Source of the DNA: a virus | Taxonomy: Duplodnaviria; Caudoviricetes | Length of the DNA stretch: 36,840 nt | Reading direction: 5' to 3' (one strand) | Virus record (IMG/VR): IMGVR_UViG_3300014656_006064 | Location: 1 to 36,840 of that record | Part shown: positions 27,217 to 33,846 of the stretch, piece after piece | Layout of the letters: every line of letters begins with the position of its first letter | Position numbering within the stretch: position 1 is the first letter of the stretch | Translations under genes and position numbers: made by a program | Notes under the pieces: generated by a model | Database searches by the model: none | What the model saw: only the letters and a program-made list of their open reading frames with translations | What the model was told of the DNA's origin: nothing

Positions 27217-27738
27217 CTATTCGCCGCGCCCTTCCTTGCGAATCCGCTTCAGCTCTGCCCGCCAGTAGACTATCTGCTCAATCATCCATACGCGGTTCAT
27301 CCGGGTCTCGCCGTGAAGCGTGGCTTCGTACTCCATGTGCGAGATAGCTTCCTCGCCGTGAAGTTTGACCAGGTGCGCCCGCATGATGTGCTGGACGCCG
27401 CCGAGGAAGCGGTTACAGTGGGGACACTGGACGCCGAGGTTCTTGAGGTTCCAGCGGGTACCGCGGAAGGCCCTCGAGACGTAATGGCCGTTGTCGTACT
27501 TCTTCCAGTGGCCTACGTCTCCGCACGTCACGCAACGAACGTATCCGCCATCCATTGCTGCCATTCGACGGACGTACTCGGATACTGCTTCGTCGAGTTT
27601 GTCCTCGAGCTCTCCGTGGGATAGGTCTTCTAGCTTCCTCGGGGCTCGCTTCTCCTTCGGAGCGCCGGGCTCTCGCGGTGTCGTGCGCTTGCCGTACCAT
27701 CCCCAGGGAGTCTTTCGATTAAGGTTGCTGTTCTTCAT
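27217..27738 (-). CDS. ninG: NinG/Rap-family recombination endonuclease
   Basis: CVTCG, DNGHYVSR, TRWNLKN...QCPHCN. Confidence 0.85.
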   Translation of the reverse strand: MKNSNLNRKTPWGWYGKRTTPREPGAPKEKRAPRKLEDLSHGELEDKLDEAVSEYVRRMAAMDGGYVRCVTCGDVGHWKKYDNGHYVSRAFRGTRWNLKNLGVQCPHCNRFLGGVQHIMRAHLVKLHGEEAISHMEYEATLHGETRMNRVWMIEQIVYWRAELKRIRKEGRGE

Positions 27739-28567
27739 GGCGTCTCCATTCGTCGAATGTCGATTGGGCGAAAATTAGTTCCGCAATTTGAGGGACGATG
27801 CTATTCCCTAGGCATTTAAGCCTGTCCACCCGAGAGGGTACCCCATGAGCCACTCGACCCACGTCGGGTTCAGTTGCCCACCATTCCCGGCACCCATCTT
27901 GCGAGCTTCCTCGATGTTCTCGCACTTCTCCTTGAGCTGATTCCAGTTCCCTGTGCCTCCGCACATTCCCGCCGTTCGTGGAGTCGGCCATAGACGCTCC
28001 ACCATGTTCGCTGTCAAAGTCCCTCGCCCTCGCTGCGAGTCCGTGAGGCTGTTCTTCGCGTCGTTCACTGTCGGAGTTGCCCACTGGGTAGGCAACAATC
28101 CAGATACGTTCCCGTCTATGGGGCGCTCCGACATCAGAGGCGCGTATATCTTGCCATTCCGCATCGTACCCGAGCGCGGCAAACTCCCCGAGAACTCGAT
28201 CCAATCCTCTGGAAACAAGGGCTCCGACGTTCTCCATGATTGCGTGTCGCGGTCGTAGCTCGCCAACAAGTCGGATGGCCTCGAAGAATAGGCCGCTTCG
28301 CTCACCTGCCAGCCCAACGCCTTTACCAGCGACGGAAATATCCTGGCAGGGGAAACCGCCCGCGATGATCCACTCGCCTTCGGGCAGGTCGGCTCCTCGA
28401 ATGGCGCGGATATCTCCAAGGGCGATGGCATCGGCGAAGCGCTTTCGATAAACGCTGATTGCATAGTCGTCAACCTCCGAAAAATAATGTCGATCGAAGC
28501 GAAGTCCGGCCCATTCTGCGCCGAGAGCGAAGCCGCCGATACCCGCGAACAGGTCGAGAAAGTTCAT
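27719..28567 (-). CDS. C5 cytosine DNA methyltransferase (alpha-type chain)
   Basis: Motifs I (DLFAGIGG), IV (GFPCQD), VI (ENV), VIII (PHRRERI), X (LGNSIVP); motif IX not evident. Confidence 0.92.
   Translation of the reverse strand: MNFLDLFAGIGGFALGAEWAGLRFDRHYFSEVDDYAISVYRKRFADAIALGDIRAIRGADLPEGEWIIAGGFPCQDISVAGKGVGLAGERSGLFFEAIRLVGELRPRHAIMENVGALVSRGLDRVLGEFAALGYDAEWQDIRASDVGAPHRRERIWIVAYPVGNSDSERREEQPHGLAARARDFDSEHGGASMADSTNGGNVRRHRELESAQGEVREHRGSSQDGCREWWATEPDVGRVAHGVPSRVDRLKCLGNSIVPQIAELIFAQSTFDEWRRHEEQQP
27808..28464 (-). CDS. Nested alternative-frame ORF, putative methyltransferase beta chain
   Basis: GGAGG RBS 9 nt before ATG 28464; WATPT/WPTPR and QLNPTWVEWLMGYPLGWT (motif IX-like). 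Confidence 0.7.
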   Translation of the reverse strand: MQSAFIESASPMPSPLEISAPFEEPTCPKASGSSRAVSPARIFPSLVKALGWQVSEAAYSSRPSDLLASYDRDTQSWRTSEPLFPEDWIEFSGSLPRSGTMRNGKIYAPLMSERPIDGNVSGLLPTQWATPTVNDAKNSLTDSQRGRGTLTANMVERLWPTPRTAGMCGGTGNWNQLKEKCENIEEARKMGAGNGGQLNPTWVEWLMGYPLGWTGLNA

Positions 28568-28734
28568 GGCCTTGCCTTCTCCGCTTTCTTGACGAATTCA
28601 TGGATGCACCTCTCGAGCCTATGGGCATGGCCCCGGTACTCGTTGAGTAGGTCGGCGAGTTGACCCTGTTCGACGGGTGTCAGCTTTCCGGCCCTTCCCA
28701 GGATCAGTAGGCGGTCAATCTCGGGGGCGGTCAC
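28564..28734 (-). CDS. Hypothetical protein
   Basis: GTG 28734 and stop both overlap neighbours. Confidence 0.55.
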   Translation of the reverse strand: MTAPEIDRLLILGRAGKLTPVEQGQLADLLNEYRGHAHRLERCIHEFVKKAEKARP

Positions 28735-29315
28735 TGGAATGCCTCGCCGATTGAACAGGTTGGAGCATGAGGGTTCGGGTACTTCGATCCACACTCGGGG
28801 CAGGGTGCGTATACTACGACAGGCGGAGCTTCTCCGTGCATATAGACAAGATGCGCCTCCTTCGGATCGTCGGTGAGGTCACGCCGTACCTTCATGCACT
28901 CGTATACCCAGTCTCCCTTGTCCCACCCGGCAGGGCAGAGACGTTCCCATATATCACCGAATAGTGTCTCGGCTTCCCGTAGCGCCTCGGCTTTTAGGCG
29001 GGCGTCGCGGGCGGTTATGAGGGTGGAGTGCATCAAAAAGCCATCTATAAACCCGCACGCTTTTAGCGCTCTATCACCGTGACCATACTTTGGGCATATA
29101 TCGCTATAGTTCCTTGGCAGTTCCAGCCATCTGTCGCACTGAAATTCTGCCTCGGATCGCAACGCTTCGCCGTCGTCCGCATCCTCGCTCGGCTCCTGCG
29201 GCTTTATCTCGGCGGCAAGCTGGTCGAGGGCGGCGAGGGCTTCATCTACATCTTCGTTATGGTACTTCGCGACATCCAACGCCTCGCGGATCGTCTCGAT
29301 TAGTTTGTTGGTCAT
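28731..29315 (-). CDS. Hypothetical protein
   Basis: 194-aa ORF in operon; C-terminal CPECG..H..C. Confidence 0.6.
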   Translation of the reverse strand: MTNKLIETIREALDVAKYHNEDVDEALAALDQLAAEIKPQEPSEDADDGEALRSEAEFQCDRWLELPRNYSDICPKYGHGDRALKACGFIDGFLMHSTLITARDARLKAEALREAETLFGDIWERLCPAGWDKGDWVYECMKVRRDLTDDPKEAHLVYMHGEAPPVVVYAPCPECGSKYPNPHAPTCSIGEAFQ

Positions 29316-29373
29316 TTCTTCCGTCCTTTAGCTAGGTGCCAGGTTGCGCAGTATAGCCAGCGTAGTAGGGTTA

Positions 29374-29562
29374 TCACGACTTTCTCGCTCTCTCGAGGTA
29401 TCCATGCCTGAGAGAATCAAGCTCCTGCTCTGAAAGTTCCGCCTCTTCTTCGGCGTCAAGGTACTCGTCGATTTCCTCATCAGCCTCTTCCTCGGCGCGC
29501 TCGTCTGACACGACGATCTCCGGGTGCTGAAAGTCGAAGTCCTCTAGCTCTCTTGGGGTCAT
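29374..29562 (-). CDS. Small highly acidic protein
   Basis: GGAG RBS, ATGA overlap; about 24 of 62 residues D/E. Confidence 0.65.
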   Translation of the reverse strand: MTPRELEDFDFQHPEIVVSDERAEEEADEEIDEYLDAEEEAELSEQELDSLRHGYLERARKS

Positions 29563-29897
29563 CGAAGTATCTCCAAAAGGTTCGCCGGGAGTGTCGTCCA
29601 GCCAATGGGCTCGGTAAGAATATCGTATGGTACCGATCCGCCGTAGACGTTGAACAGGAGGAGCCTTTCCTCATCGATACGCTGCGAGCTTACCATCGTG
29701 ACGACTCCCTCGTACTCGTAGACCGAGAGGGCTGGCATATCGAGGGGCGGGTATCCGGTACGGAATTCCATCTGTACGACTAGGTTCGCCGGGGGCGTCG
29801 GTTCGGCTGATAGGCTTAGGATAAACACGGCGATAACGAATCCAACCGTGAAGATTCCGAAGCCGATAAGTACCTGTTCAATGTTTAGCTTTTTCAC
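29559..29897 (-). CDS. Membrane-anchored hypothetical protein
   Basis: N-terminal TM (VLIGFGIFTVGFVIAVFILSL); purine-rich RBS. Confidence 0.65.
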   Translation of the reverse strand: MKKLNIEQVLIGFGIFTVGFVIAVFILSLSAEPTPPANLVVQMEFRTGYPPLDMPALSVYEYEGVVTMVSSQRIDEERLLLFNVYGGSVPYDILTEPIGWTTLPANLLEILR

Positions 29898-30012
29898 GAT
29901 TCTTCCCCCTTCTAGTCTTGGTGTCCGGGACTTTCTTGATCTTGGTTAACCGCATCCAATCAGGTGCATTGTGCTTCCGTTCAGTCGTGTCCGGGCTTGT
30001 TACTTCCGTCAT
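29878..30012 (-). CDS. 44-aa basic ORF (MTEVTSPDTTERKHNAPDWMRLTKIKKVPDTKTRRGKNREKAKH)
   Basis: Manual translation; GGAGGAG RBS; bridges the gap between neighbours. Confidence 0.45.
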   Translation of the reverse strand: MTEVTSPDTTERKHNAPDWMRLTKIKKVPDTKTRRGKNREKAKH

Positions 30013-31021
30013 CCACTCCTCCTAGTTTTGATTTATCCTTGATCCATCCGGCTAGGTTTCCAATTATCGTCGAGGGGTCTATCTGTACGTCAGGCTCGTC
30101 CTTGTTTCGATTGATTTCCGCTTCGATCTCAGCGGCCCTCCTGCGGGCTTTCTCGGCCTTCTCGTCGGCGTCGGGGTCGACGTATTCGCCGGGTTTCAGG
30201 GCGATCTTGCATCGCTCGAAGGGATTGGCGTCCGGCCCGTAGGTCTCGATACCTCCGCGCATGAAGCCCATGAAGGTTACATAGGTCGGGAAGGCCTTGT
30301 GCTTCGGCGAAGAGAAGATCGTCGCGTAGGCATCTATCGCCTCGGCGACTTCCTCGTCGGTATACGCTCCGAGAGTCCGCAAGGCCTCGCCCCGCTGCTC
30401 GGCCGGCATCGACATGGGGAGATACCGATAGGTCGGGAGCCCTGCGTGTCCGTTCCATCGCTGGCGGGCTTTTTCGAGCCGTGAGGAGGCGTTGAGGGCG
30501 GGGATTTCCTGGGGTTCGATTCCTTCCGAAGGGGGAGGAAAAGTACGTCCGGTATCTATCTCTTTCTCTTTCTCTTTCTCTATCTCTAACTCTAACTCTG
30601 GTGTACAGGTCGCGTACATTTCTTGTACATTTGTACACCCCTTTTTTTCCTTTATCCTTGCTCTGTAAGTGTTTACGCGCTCGGCTTCCGTCGAACTTCG
30701 CCCGATTAAGGTTTGAAGATCGGACATAAAAATTATTCCGCCGTCAATAATCTCGACGAGTCCGAGCTTTGTGAAGATATCGACGCCGGTTTTTATGGTG
30801 TCAATCGAGACTCGAAGAACGGTCGAAAGCATGTCGAAATCGTAGGGGAACACGTCCTTGAACATGAGCGCGCCGCCTGATTTCAGGGAGAGCAGGCATA
30901 GCTTGAGGTATAGGTTCTGGTACTGAATTCCGTTCTTCTGACTCTCGAGTATTTTCATTTCCTCGCTGTCGAAGAACGTCTCCCTGACCTTCAGGTAGTA
31001 ATACTTCTTGTTGTCGCTCAT
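29981..31021 (-). CDS. Phage replication initiator (replisome organiser N-terminal domain)
   Basis: MSDNKKYYYLK..FF..EEMKILES..NG..Y..LYLKL; STEAER..YR; ELELEIEKEKE linker. Confidence 0.9.
   Translation of the reverse strand: MSDNKKYYYLKVRETFFDSEEMKILESQKNGIQYQNLYLKLCLLSLKSGGALMFKDVFPYDFDMLSTVLRVSIDTIKTGVDIFTKLGLVEIIDGGIIFMSDLQTLIGRSSTEAERVNTYRARIKEKKGCTNVQEMYATCTPELELEIEKEKEKEIDTGRTFPPPSEGIEPQEIPALNASSRLEKARQRWNGHAGLPTYRYLPMSMPAEQRGEALRTLGAYTDEEVAEAIDAYATIFSSPKHKAFPTYVTFMGFMRGGIETYGPDANPFERCKIALKPGEYVDPDADEKAEKARRRAAEIEAEINRNKDEPDVQIDPSTIIGNLAGWIKDKSKLGGVDDGSNKPGHD
30602..30637. repeat. Iteron-like (T)GTACA x4, putative origin
   Basis: TGTACA 30602, CGTACA 30613, TGTACA 30624, TGTACA 30632; flanked by T-run and TC-rich tract. 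Confidence 0.6.
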
Positions 31022-31030
31022 GCCTTCCCC

Positions 31031-31273
31031 TTAGTCGAATATCGCGCTGGCTATCTTAGCGCCCGGCTTGTAGAAATAAACGCTCTTCTGGTTGTCTATG
31101 CAATTGAATTCCGCCCCGGCTAGCTCGGTGTATTCCCGGGCATAATCGAGTAGCGTCTGCGGATAGGTCTTCCTCCCTGTCCTCTTGGCTATGTCCTCGA
31201 ATAGTCTCCACCCCGATATTGAACCGGCCGCGAGGGTATCAAGGTATTCGAATAAAACCTGCTTAACGCTCAT
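31031..31273 (-). CDS. Hypothetical protein (MSVKQVLFEYL...), no evident RBS
   Basis: Start refined to ATG 31273; the upstream extension corresponds to an RNA structure. Confidence 0.65.
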   Translation of the reverse strand: MSVKQVLFEYLDTLAAGSISGWRLFEDIAKRTGRKTYPQTLLDYAREYTELAGAEFNCIDNQKSVYFYKPGAKIASAIFD

Positions 31274-31274
31274 A

Positions 31275-31315
31275 TGGGGGCCGCGGGAATCGAACCCGCC
31301 TAGCCATTCGCCCCC
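31275..31315 (-). ncRNA. tRNA-like element C (acceptor stem plus T arm minihelix)
   Basis: GGGGGCG-AATGGCTAG-GCGGG-TTCGATT-CCCGC-GGCCCCC-A. Confidence 0.65.
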
Positions 31316-31369
31316 AAAGTGCGCCGATGCTGACGGCGCACTAACGATCAACTAGCTATAGAATCAAGG

Positions 31370-31678
31370 TCAGGTGAACCGGGAATTAACCCGGTTGACC
31401 CTCCCAAGCATTTCGTCTTTGTCGTATAGGCTAAAAACCATGTCGAATCCAAATATGTATGTGTTTGCCTTGTCCTTCGCTGGGATAGGTACGACCGGGA
31501 TGGTCGATCTTTCATCAGCGAGACTCAGCAAGCTGACTACTTCCTCCTTCGCGTTGATCTTGGTCTCTATGATGATGGAACCAAGCGCGGTTCCGTTGGT
31601 CGGCTCGTAAGCCGCCGCTGTTGCTGTCATAGCGACCAGCAGACATGCAAGCAACAGCAGGAGTCTGGCACTCTTCAT
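31370..31678 (-). CDS. Secreted protein with signal peptide
   Basis: GGAGG RBS; MKSARLLLLLACLLVAMTATAAA signal sequence. Confidence 0.65.
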   Translation of the reverse strand: MKSARLLLLLACLLVAMTATAAAYEPTNGTALGSIIIETKINAKEEVVSLLSLADERSTIPVVPIPAKDKANTYIFGFDMVFSLYDKDEMLGRVNRVNSRFT

Positions 31679-31725
31679 GTCAACCTCCGATGGATAGCGA
31701 TAACCAGCCCATACGAGCTAGATTC

Positions 31726-31785
31726 TGGAAGCGGCGGGAGTCGAACCCGTTTTTCGCGCGACTGATAACCGACCAGCCCGCTCCC
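31726..31785 (-). ncRNA. tRNA-like element B
   Basis: GGGAGCG-[GGCTGGT-CGGTT-ATCAGTC]-GCGCGAAAA-ACGGG-TTCGACT-CCCGC-CGCTTCC-A; G3.U70. Confidence 0.7.
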
Positions 31786-31971
31786 AATTAACCCCGGTTC
31801 CACCGCATCGGGGAGTTGCGCACCATTTAACGCCGTAGCCAGGCGGGTTGATCTATGCTCGCGTTTATCCGCTAGGTTTTCCTCAGCCTCAATTCAAGGC
31901 CGCGAGCCGCCCGCTACTTCTTCACCTGGATCGAAGTAGATGCTTCGCCTCTCAGCGCCATGGTAGCAAAG

Positions 31972-32097
31972 TGGAAGCGGCGGGAGTCGAACCCGCTCCC
32001 CGATTCTCACCACGCCTTCACTCTTGCGTGCCTTCGGTCGGGATGACGGCGGAGTGCTTTCGGCACCGCCAGCGTCTACCGTTTCGCCTACGCTCCC
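31972..32097 (-). ncRNA. tRNA-like element A (126 nt; acceptor, D and T arms, no canonical anticodon loop)
   Basis: Acceptor GGGAGCG/CGCTTCC-A, D arm GGCG-AAACGGTAGA-CGCT, extended hairpin GGCG-GTGC-CGAAA-GCAC-TC-CGCC, long extra arm, T arm GCGGG-TTCGACT-CCCGC. Confidence 0.75.
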
Positions 32098-32146
32098 ATG
32101 TCTCCCGGATAACGCGCCGGGCCGCGAGAGGGTCGATCACCTCCCT

Positions 32147-32539
32147 TCACATAGCCGCACTGGCCTCCTGCTGTACCGCTATGGCTTCCTCCTGGCTCTC
32201 GGCCAGTAGTTTAGCCCTGATGGCCTCGTACGCCTCTCCACGGCGTCCTGTGGCCGATTCCTTGCTCATGATCCTCTCCATCGCCTTGAGGGCGAATCCT
32301 TCTACGCTGTCGTAGCCCATAGCCATTGCATAGGCCTCGAGCTCAATCCTCTGCTGCTCATATGTTGGCTGTACGATGATCGGCCTGGGCTTGAATCCGC
32401 TCGTCAAGTGCAAGGCCTCGTATGCGAGAAACCGGGCGAAGGCTGATACGCCATATTTTCCGGTGAAGCCTCTTAGCGCGCCCGCCTCCATGATCCATGA
32501 ATGCACGGGCTGTGGAACAGAGAAGCGGATGTCCGGCAT
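32147..32539 (-). CDS. Putative tandem ribbon-helix-helix DNA-binding protein
   Basis: Start refined to ATG 32539 (TAATG overlap); two strand-helix-G-helix units. Confidence 0.55.
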   Translation of the reverse strand: MPDIRFSVPQPVHSWIMEAGALRGFTGKYGVSAFARFLAYEALHLTSGFKPRPIIVQPTYEQQRIELEAYAMAMGYDSVEGFALKAMERIMSKESATGRRGEAYEAIRAKLLAESQEEAIAVQQEASAAM

Positions 32540-32853
32540 TACTCGACGACCTCCCAATCGTCGGCCAGCATGTCGGTCTGCGAGGCGAGCCACCCGCATA
32601 CCATGAATCCCTGCGCGTCCTTCATGACGATATAGGGCCGGACCTTGATCTCGTCGCCGAGTTCGGCGCCCATGCAACGGGCCGCGTCCATGCTGGCGAG
32701 GACGCCGCGAGGATAGCCGCCCGCCATGGCGATGTGCATACCCTTTCCGTTCCATCCCTGACGGCGAACGAGGCGCCCTTCCTGCATGTAGCTCAAGGCC
32801 GCGCCGAAGCTAAAGCCGGTCGAGCCGTCGGGGGCGATCATGCCATTGTCCAT
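32539..32853 (-). CDS. DUF2829 / Tad2-like anti-defence protein
   Basis: FGAAL..G..V.R.GWNGKGM, PYI.MK..QG, GWLASQTDMLADDW. Confidence 0.85.
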   Translation of the reverse strand: MDNGMIAPDGSTGFSFGAALSYMQEGRLVRRQGWNGKGMHIAMAGGYPRGVLASMDAARCMGAELGDEIKVRPYIVMKDAQGFMVCGWLASQTDMLADDWEVVE

Positions 32854-33377
32854 TATTCTTCTCCTTCCTTCGGCCCGAAGAGGCCGAGGATTCCCTTCTT
32901 CCGGGCGGCCTTGGATGGTTGCTCGGGTTTCATCGGAAGCTCGGGCTGTTCCCGGTCGCCGTTCAGGTATTCGCTGATGCGGTTCTCCACGAGGTTGACC
33001 GCCTCGAGGAATATGTTCTTCTGGCTCTCGGGATCCGGCGCCTCCTCGCCGGGCTTGATGAACGGCTTGCGGCTGACGGCGGGCGGCTGGACCTTGATAG
33101 GATGCTCGCCTTCCGTCTCCATCTGAAGCCTGACCGAACGGCCGTTGTCGTTGTCGGTGAAGCTGATGGTCGATATCGTGAGCCGGAGCTCGCCGAGCTT
33201 GAAGAAATCGCGGGCCTTGAACGCGAGGTCGGCGAGGTCGGTATAGAACCGGCCCCGGGGCTTCTCGTGCGTTCGGAGCGTGGTCTCTTCGGTCTGGTCG
33301 GTCACGTCGTTGTAATTCGAGTACGTCGCTACGACGGCATACTCCCCGTGGTTCACCTGGAACTTGCTTGCTTTCAA
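32853..33377 (-). CDS. Hypothetical protein
   Basis: GAGGAGGAG RBS, TTG start, YLNGDREQPEL tail. Confidence 0.7.
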   Translation of the reverse strand: MKASKFQVNHGEYAVVATYSNYNDVTDQTEETTLRTHEKPRGRFYTDLADLAFKARDFFKLGELRLTISTISFTDNDNGRSVRLQMETEGEHPIKVQPPAVSRKPFIKPGEEAPDPESQKNIFLEAVNLVENRISEYLNGDREQPELPMKPEQPSKAARKKGILGLFGPKEGEE

Positions 33378-33390
33378 TCTTCTCCTCCTC

Positions 33391-33837
33391 CTAATAGTTC
33401 AGGATTATTCCTAGCTCTGAAGCCAGGATCATCGCTTCATCGATACACCATCCGCACTCGACCGTAGACATATCCGTTTCGCTTATGGGCATGGGCTGGC
33501 CATCGACGAGCGATAGGACAATCGTCCCGTCCGGCTTCGTCAAGAAGGGTAGCCCGCGCGCGTACGCCCTTCGCTTGACATAGAGCTTTACGTCGGTGAA
33601 GTCGTTCCCTGTATCCATAGCAATTTGCTGGATCGTCCCGTTCAAGGCGTGGTTCTGTGAATTCTCTCCTGTGGTCCGCGGCTTATGCGGCGTAGAAATC
33701 TCCACGTCGAATAGATGGTCCGGGCACTTCTTAATGAGCGCGATGTACTCGGCCTGTCGCTCTACCGGAACCTGGAACGATACGATTGAGGCGGTACCGC
33801 TCTTGATCCTGGTAATACGCGACAGCTTCAGCTTCAT
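33391..33837 (-). CDS. NinB/DUF1367-like recombination accessory protein
   Basis: RT..SQNHAL.G.IQQIA, SETDMST.E....ID....A..LGI.L. Confidence 0.65.
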   Translation of the reverse strand: MKLKLSRITRIKSGTASIVSFQVPVERQAEYIALIKKCPDHLFDVEISTPHKPRTTGENSQNHALNGTIQQIAMDTGNDFTDVKLYVKRRAYARGLPFLTKPDGTIVLSLVDGQPMPISETDMSTVECGWCIDEAMILASELGIILNY

Positions 33838-33846
33838 CGTGCTTTC

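Noticed and set aside
31940-31960. Hammerhead-like CTGAGAG...GAA on the minus strand
   Set aside because: Required flanking stems and GAAA core are not present
31726-31995. 24-bp direct repeat as attL/attR or CRISPR repeat
   Set aside because: Only two copies 246 bp apart, each paired with its own 5' acceptor strand; no integrase or cas genes adjacent
31726-32097. One complete tmRNA spanning A 5' end to B 3' end (~370 nt)
   Set aside because: The length fits and the ends could pair, but each element closes locally, A has a paired D stem unlike tmRNA, and I could not identify a tag reading frame; ARAGORN would settle it
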